NCBI GenBank assembly: GCA_965261895.1 | Contig: OZ253480.1 | Span: 3,947,665-4,011,664 of the forward strand | Length of the DNA: 64,000 bases | Origin: an uncultured Candidatus Binatia bacterium | Lineage (GTDB): Bacteria; Desulfobacterota; Binatia; UBA9968; JAJDTQ01 | Reading direction: 5' to 3' | Shown: positions 17,760-28,330 of the stretch, piece after piece | Layout of the letters: every line of letters begins with the position of its first letter | Numbering within the stretch: position 1 is the first letter of the stretch | Program-made: the position numbers and the translations under genes | Notes under the pieces: generated by a model | What the model saw: only the letters and a program-made list of their open reading frames with translations | Database searches by the model: none | What the model was told of the DNA's origin: nothing

Positions 17760-19271
17760 TTGGCGATGGCTGGCATTCTGATCAGTTGGATCGGTCAAAC
17801 TGACCTTCGGGCACCGGGGGAAGGGCCGCTCGTAGGGAAGGGTCCGATAGCCCAGGCGCTCGACACAAACTCCTATGACGCTGCCGTGCTGATTAGCGAT
17901 TACTCGAAAAGAGAGGTGACGCCGTTCCTACACTGGCTCCGACCGCAGATCGGAGCGCAAGTATCTGTCCACTACAAGCCGTTGTCCGGTCCCACAAACT
18001 TTGGCGAGATATACGAAGCTGCGGCTCAGGTTGTGACAGAGTCGCTCGCGCGACACGGCAGGGATTCTGAGCTGACCTTTCACCTGAGCCCAGGGACCCC
18101 AGCCATGGCGGCGGTCTGGATTGTTCTCGCCAAGACGCGGTTCCCCGCTGATCTGATCGAGTCTTCGCCCAAGCACGGTGTACGGACGGCCTCAGTACCC
18201 TTCGATATATCGGCAGAGTTTGTTCCCGACCTCCTCCGAGGTCCGGATGAACGCCTCGCGAAGCTCACCGCCGGGCTTCCTCCCGAGGCCCCGGAGTTCG
18301 CCGATATCATTCACCGTAGCCGCGTCATGGCTCGCGTAATCGCCAAGGCGCGTCGCGTTGCAGCCCGGTCAGTGTCTATACTTATAGAGGGTGAGACGGG
18401 TACCGGAAAGGAATTGCTGGCCCGGGCCATCCACCGTGCTAGCCTTCGGCGGGATAAGCCCTTCAAGGCCGTGAACTGCGGCGCAATACCGGCTGAACTC
18501 GCAGAATCCGAGCTCTTTGGCCATGAGAAAGGTGCCTTTACGGGTGCGGACAAAAAGAGGGTTGGCCACTTTGAGGCCGCGAGTGGCGGGACGCTCTTCC
18601 TTGACGAGGTCGGCGAGCTTTCGCTTGCCGTACAAGTAAAGCTGCTTCGTATTCTCCAGGAGGGGGAGGTGCTGCGTGTCGGTTCGACGACGCCGATCAA
18701 GGTGGACGTTCGAATCATCGCGGCAACAAACCGGGCCCTCGCCGATGAAGTCGCCGCAGGTCGCTTCAGGGAGGATCTATTCTATCGCCTTGCGGTGGCG
18801 GGTCTGAAACTGCCCCCCCTGAGAGAGAGAAGAGGCGACCTGAACCTTCTCCTGGATCAGTTGCTCGCCCAAGTCAACGAGGAACGCGCACAGCAGCCGG
18901 GCTATGAGCACAAGAAATTTTCTGTGAGCGCAAGAAATATTCTTCTCACTCATCCGTGGCCGGGTAACGTTCGAGAGTTGCTGAATACGCTTCATCGGGC
19001 GACGCTCTGGACGCCAGGACCGACAATCCAGGGTGAAGATGTGCGGGAGGCATTGCTGCCGGCGATAGACCGAAAGGCCTCGGGCATCCTCGACCGTCCG
19101 CTCGGCGATGGTCTCAACCTCCTGGATTTATTGGCTTCGGTGGCGCGGCACTATCTTGTGCGCGCCCTTGACGAGGCCCAGGGTAACAAGACACAGGCGG
19201 CCCGCTTGGTAGGGCTTTCGAGCTATCAGACGTTCACGAACTGGTTGGGTAAGTACGACGTGAAGCCGTGA
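17760..19271 (+). CDS. Sigma54-dependent transcriptional activator (bEBP) with a non-receiver, RtcR/CARF-like N-terminal sensor domain
   Basis: AAA+ sigma54-interaction domain with Walker A GETGTGKELLARAIH, the GAFTGA loop (FGHEKGAFTGADKK), Walker B LFLDEVGEL, and a C-terminal Fis-type HTH. The ~170-aa N-terminal domain lacks receiver Asp residues and recalls the RtcR CARF-like domain (..HLSPGTPAMAAVWIVLAKTRFPADLIESSP..). Confidence 0.75.
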   Translation: MAMAGILISWIGQTDLRAPGEGPLVGKGPIAQALDTNSYDAAVLISDYSKREVTPFLHWLRPQIGAQVSVHYKPLSGPTNFGEIYEAAAQVVTESLARHGRDSELTFHLSPGTPAMAAVWIVLAKTRFPADLIESSPKHGVRTASVPFDISAEFVPDLLRGPDERLAKLTAGLPPEAPEFADIIHRSRVMARVIAKARRVAARSVSILIEGETGTGKELLARAIHRASLRRDKPFKAVNCGAIPAELAESELFGHEKGAFTGADKKRVGHFEAASGGTLFLDEVGELSLAVQVKLLRILQEGEVLRVGSTTPIKVDVRIIAATNRALADEVAAGRFREDLFYRLAVAGLKLPPLRERRGDLNLLLDQLLAQVNEERAQQPGYEHKKFSVSARNILLTHPWPGNVRELLNTLHRATLWTPGPTIQGEDVREALLPAIDRKASGILDRPLGDGLNLLDLLASVARHYLVRALDEAQGNKTQAARLVGLSSYQTFTNWLGKYDVKP

Positions 19272-19287
19272 TGGCACGGACCTTGCC
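19272..19287 (+). promoter_or_regulatory. Sigma54 (RpoN) -24/-12 promoter TGGCAC-GGACC-TTGC immediately after the bEBP stop and ~50 bp upstream of the hsdR-like start
   Basis: Exact match to the TGGCAC-N5-TTGC consensus at 19272-19287: TGGCAC 19272-19277, 5-nt spacer, TTGC 19283-19286. Confidence 0.6.
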
Positions 19288-19334
19288 TGAGAGAGTACCT
19301 GTTGGAAGAAAGCCGGCCACGTACGGATGAGGCA

Positions 19335-21623
19335 ATGAGTCGAAACGAAGACAGAACATGCCGGGAACTGATCGAGCCCGCCCTGGAAGAGGCCGGGTGG
19401 GAGTGGGACCGGCAGGTCGTGATCGGCCCTGGCCGCGTCAACCTCACCGGCGAGTCTATGTACGACTCGTCTCAGCAGATCATCGCTGACTACGTGCTGC
19501 GTCTCTGGCGTATGCCGCTCGCCATTCTTGAGGCCAAGGCAGAGGTGGAATCAGCGACCGATGGGATGCAGCAGGGCTCCCGGTATGCTGACCGTCTTCG
19601 GCTTCGATTCTCGATCGCGTCGAACGGGTGCGACTACATCCTCACTGACAACGAAACCGGCGAATACGAGTCGTTCGACACCCCACCCACACCTGGGGAC
19701 ATTCTCTCCCGTCTCGGGCGCAACATCGTTTGGGAAGAGTGGCGTCCGGTTTTTGAGGCTCCGTGGCACGAGGACCAAATTACTCGCAAGAAGGTCCGCC
19801 CCTACCAGGAGATGGCCATCTTCGAGACCCTTTATCGCTTCAGTCAAGGCGAAAAGCGGGTACTCCTGCTAATGGCCACGGGTACGGGCAAAACCTTCAC
19901 GGTCTTTCAGCTCGCATGGAAGCTCATGCGCGGGGACGTTCTCCGGAACAACCGCCTCCTCTTCCTCACCGATCGCAACAGCCTCAAGGACCAAGCCTAT
20001 CGGGCCTTCGCCGGTTTCACCTTGGACGAGCGCGTTGTTATCGACAAGGATCTGGTCAGCCGAGGGGAGCATCTCGTCGGAAAGATCTTCTTCGCCAACT
20101 ACCAGAATCTTAACGAGGAACTGAGTGGGAAAAAGCTCTACGAGCACTTCGATCCGGATTTCTTCGACTTGGTCGTCGTGGACGAGTGTCACCGTTCCGG
20201 CTTCGGCGACTGGTTTGGAGTCCTCGATCGCTTCAAGTCAGCATATCAGTTAGGCTTGACCGCCACCCCGCGGGAAATCGATCAGAGCCGTCATACCCTT
20301 ACCGAACTGGAACTCCGGCGTGACACTTACGAGTACTTCGGGGAGCCGAAGTACGTTTACTCACTGAAGCAGGCCATAGAAGACGGCTACCTCGTCCCTT
20401 ATCTCCTAGAGGAGCGCATCTCGAACCTGGATGAGGATGGCTACACCGGACCGGACGGCAAGCAATACACAACAAAGAACTTCGAACGCGACATTCGTCT
20501 GCCCGAGCGGACTCGCGTTATCGCGGAGGACCTTTGGTCCATTCTCGGGAAGTACGGGCTCCGGGACGAGAAGACCATCGTCTTCTGCGTCGACGACACG
20601 CATGCAGCATTCGTGGCGGCGGAGTTGCGTCGCCTTTCAGGTGATGGCAACTACGCCGCGCGGATTACCAGATCCGAGCGTAACTCACATCAGCTTGAGC
20701 GCAACTTCGCAGAAGTCGGTCGCGCCAAGCCACGGGTGGCGGTCACGGTCGATCTGTTGACCACCGGCTTTGACGCACCCGACGTCAAAAACATCGTCTT
20801 CGCTCGGCCCGTTAAGAGCGCCATCCTCTATAAACAGATGAAAGGCAGGGGAACCCGCCTTTGCGACGACATCGACAAGCGCTACTTCACCATTTTCGAC
20901 TATGCCGGCGCGAATCTGCTGGAGGATGCTGAGTTCGATGGTCATCCTGCAAACCTGCAAACAAGCCGCAAGCCGCAACCGCAGAAAAAGGCGCCCGAGG
21001 CTGTCAAGGAGAAACCCGTCGGAGAGGGTGTTTCGGTCTACATTTCTTCCACGGAGCGTTACGTCTGCTTGGCCGATGGCCGAAAGATCCCTTTTGATGA
21101 GTACCGGGAGCAGTCACGCAACGCCATTCGGAGCATTGCGCCAACCAACGTCGACGAACTCTTGGATATTTGGATCGACAAGAACACACGCCGGGACTTA
21201 CGAGGTGAGCTTGCAGACCGGGATATTCATGTCGCGGCGTTCCGGCACTACCTTGAACTTGATGGATCGGATGATGTCGACATTCTTGCCAAGGTAGGGT
21301 TTGAACTGGTGCGGGTTCCATCGCGTCACGATCGCGTTGTTCGTTTCTGGGATGCCGAGGAGAACTGGTTGCTCGTTCAACTCGGCGAGCATGCCGTCCC
21401 CGATGACAATCGCTTCAAGACGTACTTCTGGCAGACCGGCCTCGACCACTATTCGCTCTACGGCATCGACGATCTTGAGAAGGGCGGCACCTACAGCGCA
21501 CCTCAGTTCGTGGAACAGTTCGGAAGCTTCAGCCGGTTGCTGAGTCTCTATGGAGGAGCCGACAAGCTGAGGACGGATTTGGAGGAAGTGAAGCAACACC
21601 TTTACGTGCCGATGTTGGCGTAG
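19335..21623 (+). CDS. Restriction enzyme R subunit (HsdR-like: HSDR_N nuclease + SF2 helicase)
   Basis: Start MSRNEDRTCRELIEPALEEAGWEW preceded by GAGG. Helicase motif I MATGTGKTFT and motif II DECHRS. A longer ORF beginning at 19302 is possible. Confidence 0.75.
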   Translation: MSRNEDRTCRELIEPALEEAGWEWDRQVVIGPGRVNLTGESMYDSSQQIIADYVLRLWRMPLAILEAKAEVESATDGMQQGSRYADRLRLRFSIASNGCDYILTDNETGEYESFDTPPTPGDILSRLGRNIVWEEWRPVFEAPWHEDQITRKKVRPYQEMAIFETLYRFSQGEKRVLLLMATGTGKTFTVFQLAWKLMRGDVLRNNRLLFLTDRNSLKDQAYRAFAGFTLDERVVIDKDLVSRGEHLVGKIFFANYQNLNEELSGKKLYEHFDPDFFDLVVVDECHRSGFGDWFGVLDRFKSAYQLGLTATPREIDQSRHTLTELELRRDTYEYFGEPKYVYSLKQAIEDGYLVPYLLEERISNLDEDGYTGPDGKQYTTKNFERDIRLPERTRVIAEDLWSILGKYGLRDEKTIVFCVDDTHAAFVAAELRRLSGDGNYAARITRSERNSHQLERNFAEVGRAKPRVAVTVDLLTTGFDAPDVKNIVFARPVKSAILYKQMKGRGTRLCDDIDKRYFTIFDYAGANLLEDAEFDGHPANLQTSRKPQPQKKAPEAVKEKPVGEGVSVYISSTERYVCLADGRKIPFDEYREQSRNAIRSIAPTNVDELLDIWIDKNTRRDLRGELADRDIHVAAFRHYLELDGSDDVDILAKVGFELVRVPSRHDRVVRFWDAEENWLLVQLGEHAVPDDNRFKTYFWQTGLDHYSLYGIDDLEKGGTYSAPQFVEQFGSFSRLLSLYGGADKLRTDLEEVKQHLYVPMLA

Positions 21624-21633
21624 GAGAACACCC

Positions 21634-23163
21634 ATGGCGCAAAGTGAGGCAAGGAACGAAGGCAAGCAGTTGTCCAACGGCACGACTGAGCACCGCCGCC
21701 AGGAGGTACAACAGGCCATCAAGAGTGCCTGTGACCAACTCCGAGACGACGGTGTGGAACCGCGTAACTACGTGGAGCAGCTCGCTTGGTTGTTCTTCCT
21801 CAAGGCATTTGACGAAATGGAGAGCCGCCGCGAAGAAGAGGCAGCCTTTGACGGCTCGTCGTACCGGCGAAGACTCGACGGCGAGTATAGTTGGTCGAGT
21901 TGGTCATCGATGTCCAACCGACCCGACCAGATGCTGGAATTTGTTGACGGGAAGCTCTGGTCACACCTCAAGAGCTTCGGAGAAACCGAGCATACCCGGC
22001 AATTCGCAAACGACCCGGTGGCCGAGCGATTCCGCCGCATCTTCTCGACGGTTCGCAACCATTCCCGTCGCGGCGCGAGCTTCGCGCGGGTCACTCAACA
22101 AGCCAATCGTCTCCAATTTGGTGACGAGACGGACGTTATAGTCCTTTCGGAACTCTATGAGGGGCTTCTGAAGGATGTAGCTGCCGACTCTGCCGGCTAT
22201 GCTGGCGAATTCTACACGCAGCGTCACGTCATCCGAGCCATGGTGGATGTGGTCCATCCCAAAATCGGAGACCGCATCTACGACCCGTGCTTCGGAACGG
22301 CTGGTTTTCTTGTCGAGTCGGCGGAGTACATCCGGAAGACGGCGGGCACCCTTAGTGGCTCGAATCTCGACCGCCTCCAGGAAAAGACCTTCTACGGGAT
22401 TGAACAAAAGCCGTTGACCTATCTCTTGGGCACGATGAATATGCTGCTGCATCGTATCGAGGGTGCGAACCTCGAACTCGGGAACACGCTAGAGCTGCAT
22501 GCGACCAACGTCTCGGAGAAAGACCGCTACGATGTTATCCTCTCGAATCCACCCTACGGCGGAAAGATGGCCCGCGAGCTTCAGACCAATTTCACAATCC
22601 AATCGGGCTCCACCGAGATACTCTTCCTGCAGCACATCATGACGCACTTGGCCAAGGGTGGCCGTGCCGCAGCGATCATCCCCGAGGGAGTCCTGTTTCG
22701 TGGCGGTCCCGACGCCAGGGTCCGTGAACGACTCCTCCGCGAATTCGACGTTCACACGATCCTCTCGCTGCCGGCAGGATGTTTCCTGCCGTACACGGGC
22801 GTGAAAACGAATGTGCTCTTCTTCACCCGCCGCAAGGATGACCGAGGCACTGGGGACGTTTGGTACTATGAGCTCACCAACGACGGGTTTGACCTTAAGT
22901 CGACGCGGCGGCCGATCCAGGGAAACCAAATTCCAGACTTCCTCACTAAGTGGGAGAAGCGAGCGAAAGGAGAGAACTCCTGGTCGGTCTCCGCGAAGGA
23001 GATCGCCGAGCAGAACTGGGACCTATCTGCCCGTAATCCTCAACAAGGAGGAAATATCGGACACAAGCCCGCGCTGGAGTTGGTTCAGTCCATCAAGGCG
23101 AAGGAAGAGAGAGTGGTCGAGCTTCTTGACGAACTGCAGGAGTTGCTGGAGGGTACCCGATGA
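21634..23163 (+). CDS. N6-adenine DNA methyltransferase subunit (HsdM-like)
   Basis: 509 aa with the SAM motif DPCFGTAGFL and the catalytic motif LSNPPYGG. Confidence 0.8.
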   Translation: MAQSEARNEGKQLSNGTTEHRRQEVQQAIKSACDQLRDDGVEPRNYVEQLAWLFFLKAFDEMESRREEEAAFDGSSYRRRLDGEYSWSSWSSMSNRPDQMLEFVDGKLWSHLKSFGETEHTRQFANDPVAERFRRIFSTVRNHSRRGASFARVTQQANRLQFGDETDVIVLSELYEGLLKDVAADSAGYAGEFYTQRHVIRAMVDVVHPKIGDRIYDPCFGTAGFLVESAEYIRKTAGTLSGSNLDRLQEKTFYGIEQKPLTYLLGTMNMLLHRIEGANLELGNTLELHATNVSEKDRYDVILSNPPYGGKMARELQTNFTIQSGSTEILFLQHIMTHLAKGGRAAAIIPEGVLFRGGPDARVRERLLREFDVHTILSLPAGCFLPYTGVKTNVLFFTRRKDDRGTGDVWYYELTNDGFDLKSTRRPIQGNQIPDFLTKWEKRAKGENSWSVSAKEIAEQNWDLSARNPQQGGNIGHKPALELVQSIKAKEERVVELLDELQELLEGTR

Positions 23164-24371
23164 GTTGGCCCGTGGCCCGCTTGGGGGATGTAGCCCAAGT
23201 GAATCCAAGACGTCACAGCGGTCTACGGTCGCTAGCTGGAAATGTGGAGGTGACGTTTGTTCCGATGGCTGCTGTGGACGAGGAAACCGGCACGATCTCT
23301 TGTCGAGAGGTGAAGCCACTTGGCGACGTTCGGAGGGGGTTGACCGCCTTTGCAGAAGGCGATGTGATTTTCGCCAAAATTACACCTTGCATGCAAAACG
23401 GGAAGTCGGCCATTGCTCATGGGCTTGTCAATGGCCTTGGCTTCGGCTCCACGGAGTTTCATGTACTCCGCCCGGGTCCAGATGTTCTTCCGGAGTGGCT
23501 GTGGTACGTCGTTCGACAACGCTCCTTCCGCGAGGAGGCCCGACGACACTTCCGCGGCTCTGCTGGTCAGCAGCGCGTCCCAGCGAGCTTTATCGAGCAA
23601 CACATGATTCCCCTGCCTTCCATTGGGTTGCAGAGACGAATCGTTGGGCAGGTTCGGTGGGCATTGGTACGAGTGAGTGAGATCCAAGATCTCCGTCGGA
23701 AGTCGCTGGCAGAGGCAACTGCACTAGAGGAAGCTGTTTTCTCGGATTTTATTGTGGATTTCATGAAGAACGCCTACGTCTCTATCGTTTCCCTTGGCGG
23801 CATCCTGGTCCGTGCACAGTATGGGTCATCCTCGAAGGCCAATACTGATGGAGAGGGTATACCTATTCTGCGGATGGGAAACATCCAGAATGGACACTTG
23901 GATGTGAGCGACCTCAAGCACATCAGTCTTTCCGCGAAGGAACTGACCAAGTACCGACTCAGCGAAGGAGACATACTTTTCAATCGGACCAACTCACTCG
24001 AGCTAGTCGGAAAGTCAGCAACCTTCACCGCATTGAAGGGAGACTGGGTGTTCGCGTCGTACCTGATCCGCCTTGATGTCGACCGTCGCAAGGCCCTCCC
24101 GGAGTACGTGACGGCGGTCATCAACAATCGGATAGGGCGAGACTACGTCTATCGCACAGCGCGGCGTGCCATTGGAATGGTGAACATCAACGCCAAGCAG
24201 ATTCAACGGCTGGAATTGCCGCTTCCCCCGTTGGCGGATCAGGAGTGGCTGGTCGGGCAAATGCGACGGGCTAAGACCGCAAGTGACAACATCCGAAGGG
24301 ATCTTGGCATGGAGGCTATAGAGGCCCTTCCTGATGCTATTCTCCACAAGGCCTTTGCGGGGGAGCTCTAA
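23160..24371 (+). CDS. Specificity subunit (HsdS-like), two TRDs
   Basis: 403 aa with ATGA overlap to hsdM. Conserved S-subunit repeats are present (LPLPSIGLQRRIV; LPLPPLADQEWLVGQM). Confidence 0.75.
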   Translation: MSWPVARLGDVAQVNPRRHSGLRSLAGNVEVTFVPMAAVDEETGTISCREVKPLGDVRRGLTAFAEGDVIFAKITPCMQNGKSAIAHGLVNGLGFGSTEFHVLRPGPDVLPEWLWYVVRQRSFREEARRHFRGSAGQQRVPASFIEQHMIPLPSIGLQRRIVGQVRWALVRVSEIQDLRRKSLAEATALEEAVFSDFIVDFMKNAYVSIVSLGGILVRAQYGSSSKANTDGEGIPILRMGNIQNGHLDVSDLKHISLSAKELTKYRLSEGDILFNRTNSLELVGKSATFTALKGDWVFASYLIRLDVDRRKALPEYVTAVINNRIGRDYVYRTARRAIGMVNINAKQIQRLELPLPPLADQEWLVGQMRRAKTASDNIRRDLGMEAIEALPDAILHKAFAGEL

Positions 24372-24403
24372 ACGGTGCGGCTTGCAATAGAAGTCGTCTA
24401 CAC

Positions 24404-27400
24404 ATGAGCCAGCTTGAACTTACGTCTCAAGTGTCCGAGCTATGGGACCGTCTCAGTGAGATGCGCGGCCAAGGGATTCGCAACCGCCCGTTCGAGTCTG
24501 TCATCGCTCCCCTTGCGGCCCTACTCTTGCTTTGTTGGGCTGAGCACCTGGACACCGAACAGGAAGCCGAGGCTGCCTTCGACGGTCGCGACCACCTGTC
24601 TGCTCTGCCTCGGGATCAGCACTGGTCCGCGTGGTGCGAGCTTCGCGGTGAGAGGCTTGTTGGCGCCCTTCAGAGAGGGGTTTTCCCCGCCCTGCGTCAT
24701 GCATCCAGTGGCACCCTCGGCCAGTCCTTGCAGCGGCTTGCGACCGTCTTTGAGGGCCTCACCCGCGAACCTCCCGAGGTGGTCGAGATGCTCGTGCAAT
24801 GGGGCCAGTTATTCGATCTAGAGACTGCCTGTGGCAAGCAGGCAGCGGCAGACGCCCTGGCGGCTCTTTTGGACCAGGCTACCGAGAAGTCCGCGAAATT
24901 CGGAGGGGAGTTTACAACGCCCCGATCTGTGGTCCAGATGATGGTTGACCTTCTCGCTCCCAATCCAGGTGAACGCATCTACGATCCATGTTTCGGTACC
25001 GGAGGTTTGCTCGCCACCGCGGCAAAGAGACTCCGTGAGAAGGCGTTGAAGATGCCCCCGAAGGTATGGACAGATGTCCGGGAGCGAAGCGTGTTCGGGG
25101 TAGAACTCAACCCGTTCGCCTACAGCATCGGGCTTGCACGAGTGGTTTTGGAAGGTATAGAGCAACCCGGACTCGAACTTGGGGACGTTTTGGAACGCCC
25201 TTTGGTCAAAGACCGGTACTCCGAGGGATTCGATTGCATTTTGGCCGTACCTCCTTGGGGCCGCCGCGTGCGCCAGAAGGTGGCAGCCCAGTTTCAAGTA
25301 TCGTCAACTTACGTTGAGACGCTCTTTCTCCAACACGTGATGGCTTCTCTTCGGCCGGGTGGCCGCGCCGTCATTGCCCTTCCGGAAGGTGTCCTCTTCC
25401 GGGCCGGCGCCGACCGGATGGTTCGCAAGGAGTTGCTCTCGGACTTCTGCGTCGAGGGGGTAGTGTCGCTGCCGGCTGGGGCTTTCCATCCGTACACAGG
25501 GATCAAGACGAGTTTGGTCCTCTTCCGACGTGAACAAGTCAAGGATGCTGTTCGGTTCATGCAGGTTGAGGAGTGGCCCTCTGTCCGACCGGGAGATGGG
25601 CTCAGCCGTGAGAAGGCGATTTCAGTGGCGCGCAGCATCGCTGAGGAATTCAAGAACGGCACACCAAACGGTAGCCTCTGGGAAAGCCCGATCAAGGAGC
25701 TTGCGACCAGGGACTGGGAGTTGGTCGCCAAACGGACAGGTGAGGAAACCCTATCGCGCTCGCTGCAGGTTCTGAAGGAGGCGGATGCCGAGGTCCCGGT
25801 ATGGCGGCTCAACGAGGTGGCGGAGATATTCCCCGGTGTTTCGTACGGGAAGTCGGTGACCACACAGTGCGCGGACGACCCAGCGGTGTTCGCCGGGCTC
25901 GTCCGTGTTGCAGATGTGAAAGGCACCGGTCCACAAGACCCCTCCCTCTTCCTGATCGCAGAGGGTAGCGAACGAGTGCAGTCGAAGCACTGGTTACGCG
26001 GGGGAGACATCCTCCTCACTGTCTCCGGAACCATCGGAAAGTTAGGGGTTGTGTCCGAGTCGGCGGGTACGGTCGGCTCGGTGGCCGCCAAGAGTATGGC
26101 TGTAATACGTCCCAGGAAACAGGTCTCTCCACAGTTTTTGGCGAGCCTCCTAGCCTCCCCTGTATACCAGGAGTGGATCCGCGGTCATGCGCACGGGGCG
26201 ACCATTCAGCATCTCTCCGTTCGAACGCTAGCGCATCTTCGCATTCCGGTGCCCGAAGTTCCGATCCAAGAACGCGTCGTCCAACAGGTGGGCGTCGAGC
26301 GAGACGGGCCCCTCGCTGTCCTCGCGCGGATCCTGACAGGTGAAAGCGAGGATCCAGTTGTCAATTGGCTCGAAACCTCTTCCGATGTGCGCAAGCTGCG
26401 GCAATCGGGTCACACAGTCGATCCTATTGTGGTTCTGGAGCGAATCGCCCATTCGGTTGGGAACCTACGAGATCAGGTGGCGCAAGCTCAGGTCCACGGT
26501 GTGCCCGACCTTGCTTACTGGTTGTTGGAGTTCGCAGAGGCGGTGAACCCGCTAAAGGGTTTGAAGCACGTGCCTTGGGGTGCCGGGCGCATGGCGATAC
26601 TGGACAGTGCACAACTTCGCCTAGGACGGTGGTTGTCGATTCTCGAAAAGTCATCGCTGCCCGTGCTTGACGCTGCGAGGGATCTGACGGGAGGGATTTC
26701 CCGGATCGTCCGGGCCGAATTGGATTCGATCATGGAAGATGTGAAGCTGGTGCCCGGCGTTGAACCGAGCGCGGTAGTAGCGGGGACGGAAAACGAGGTC
26801 CAAGTACGTGTGACGAATCAGTCGCCTCTTGCGCTCCGCAATGTCTCGGTCTCAACTGTACCCGACATCGGTGGGCGCCGCTTCGATTACCTCGCTGAGG
26901 GTGAGACGCTCAGTTTCACGGCGAAGATTCCCGCACTCGGAAAGACAAGCCCTTTTCCTTTCGAGCTTCGATGGCGAGCGGACCGCCTTGACGGACGGCC
27001 AGTATCCGGTGAATTGCCGCTGGCCGTAGATGTTCGCTCGACGCGCGAAGCCGTCCACCTCTCGGAGCTCGGGGCCAGCCCGTACATCGTCGGAAACCCG
27101 ATCGATCGAGAGGAGATGTTCTTTGGCCGTCGAGATCTCATCGACAAGATTAGGCGACAGCTCTCCACAAGTCACAGTGCCAACGTCATTCTTCTGGAAG
27201 GCAATCGTAGAACGGGCAAGACCTCCATTCTCAAGCGCCTACAGGCTCCCCACGTGCTCCCAGGTTGGATTGTCGTAAACTGCTCTTTCCAAGGTGGCGA
27301 GGGCCACGAAAGCAAGGCTGGTTTGCCCACCAACGAGGTTTTCAGACTCATGGCGCGCGACATCGGCCAGGCGGTGGATGACGCCGGGCACCAAGTATCG

Positions 27401-28330
27401 CTTCCGGACATGGTTCTCCCAGATTTGAAGAGGCGGTTCAAGGTAGCGTTTGTGAAGGCTCTAGCGACGGCATTCTCCGGTCCGCAACCCTTCCAGGTGT
27501 TCGAGCTTTACATACAGGCTGTCTTGGAGGCTGCCAGTCCGCGACGCCTCCTGCTCATGCTTGACGAATTTGACAAGCTCCAGGAGGGCATCGACACCGG
27601 CGTCACGAGCCCGCAAGTTCCGGAAAACCTCCGCTACCTGCTTCACAACTACCAAGGGCTGTCAGCCATACTCACTGGCTCTCGCCGTCTCAAGCGACTT
27701 CGGGAGGAGTACTGGTCGGCGCTCTTCGGGTTTGGGCACAGAGTCTCCGTGAGTGAACTCCCGTTGGGGGATGCGCGACTCCTTGTGAAGCAGCCGGTCG
27801 AGGGGCGGCTTACGTACGTGCCCGAGGCGACAGACCGCGTGGTCGAACTGTGTTCGCGACAACCCTTCCTGATCCAGTCATTGTGCAACCAGATCTTCGA
27901 GCGAACTGCCCTCTCGGACGAGCGAACGGTGACGGTGGGCGCGGTAGACGCCGCTGCCACGGAGATGGTTCAGGACAACGAGCACTTCCGTACGCTTTGG
28001 GGTTACGCCGGGACCGAACGCAAACGTTTCGTTCTGTCGTTGTGTCAGCGGCTAAAGGAGGGACCAGATCCCATCACACTAAGTTTGTTGGAGGCGAAGC
28101 TTGAGGAGTGTGGCATTGCCCTCCCTTATGGCGAACGTTTGGGAGATGATCTGGAGTATCTCCGTGAACTCGAACTTATCGAACTTGAGGAGACTACGCG
28201 GGGCCCGGCATATACGCTCGCTGTTCCGTTGATGGCCGACTGGATACGGCGGAACATCGACTTCGAGGATCAGCGCCAGCAGGTCGTTCGGGAAATTGAA
28301 GAAAAGGTGACCACGGAGGAAGAACAGTGA
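24404..28330 (+). CDS. Multidomain fusion protein: HsdM-like MTase (non-canonical motif IV AVPPW) + single S-type TRD + ORC/Arch-type AAA+ ATPase with a winged-helix C-terminus
   Basis: 1308 aa. Residues 1-390 have the MTase motif I IYDPCFGTGGL, but the motif IV position reads ILAVPPWGRR (gta = Val) where N/D/S is expected. Residues ~400-640 are TRD-like (LRGGDILLTVSGTIGKLG...IQHLSVRTLAHLRIPVPEVPIQERV). Residues ~870-1308 carry FFGRRDLIDKIRRQL, Walker A GNRRTGKTS and Walker B LLLMLDEFD. Confidence 0.65.
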   Translation: MSQLELTSQVSELWDRLSEMRGQGIRNRPFESVIAPLAALLLLCWAEHLDTEQEAEAAFDGRDHLSALPRDQHWSAWCELRGERLVGALQRGVFPALRHASSGTLGQSLQRLATVFEGLTREPPEVVEMLVQWGQLFDLETACGKQAAADALAALLDQATEKSAKFGGEFTTPRSVVQMMVDLLAPNPGERIYDPCFGTGGLLATAAKRLREKALKMPPKVWTDVRERSVFGVELNPFAYSIGLARVVLEGIEQPGLELGDVLERPLVKDRYSEGFDCILAVPPWGRRVRQKVAAQFQVSSTYVETLFLQHVMASLRPGGRAVIALPEGVLFRAGADRMVRKELLSDFCVEGVVSLPAGAFHPYTGIKTSLVLFRREQVKDAVRFMQVEEWPSVRPGDGLSREKAISVARSIAEEFKNGTPNGSLWESPIKELATRDWELVAKRTGEETLSRSLQVLKEADAEVPVWRLNEVAEIFPGVSYGKSVTTQCADDPAVFAGLVRVADVKGTGPQDPSLFLIAEGSERVQSKHWLRGGDILLTVSGTIGKLGVVSESAGTVGSVAAKSMAVIRPRKQVSPQFLASLLASPVYQEWIRGHAHGATIQHLSVRTLAHLRIPVPEVPIQERVVQQVGVERDGPLAVLARILTGESEDPVVNWLETSSDVRKLRQSGHTVDPIVVLERIAHSVGNLRDQVAQAQVHGVPDLAYWLLEFAEAVNPLKGLKHVPWGAGRMAILDSAQLRLGRWLSILEKSSLPVLDAARDLTGGISRIVRAELDSIMEDVKLVPGVEPSAVVAGTENEVQVRVTNQSPLALRNVSVSTVPDIGGRRFDYLAEGETLSFTAKIPALGKTSPFPFELRWRADRLDGRPVSGELPLAVDVRSTREAVHLSELGASPYIVGNPIDREEMFFGRRDLIDKIRRQLSTSHSANVILLEGNRRTGKTSILKRLQAPHVLPGWIVVNCSFQGGEGHESKAGLPTNEVFRLMARDIGQAVDDAGHQVSLPDMVLPDLKRRFKVAFVKALATAFSGPQPFQVFELYIQAVLEAASPRRLLLMLDEFDKLQEGIDTGVTSPQVPENLRYLLHNYQGLSAILTGSRRLKRLREEYWSALFGFGHRVSVSELPLGDARLLVKQPVEGRLTYVPEATDRVVELCSRQPFLIQSLCNQIFERTALSDERTVTVGAVDAAATEMVQDNEHFRTLWGYAGTERKRFVLSLCQRLKEGPDPITLSLLEAKLEECGIALPYGERLGDDLEYLRELELIELEETTRGPAYTLAVPLMADWIRRNIDFEDQRQQVVREIEEKVTTEEEQ

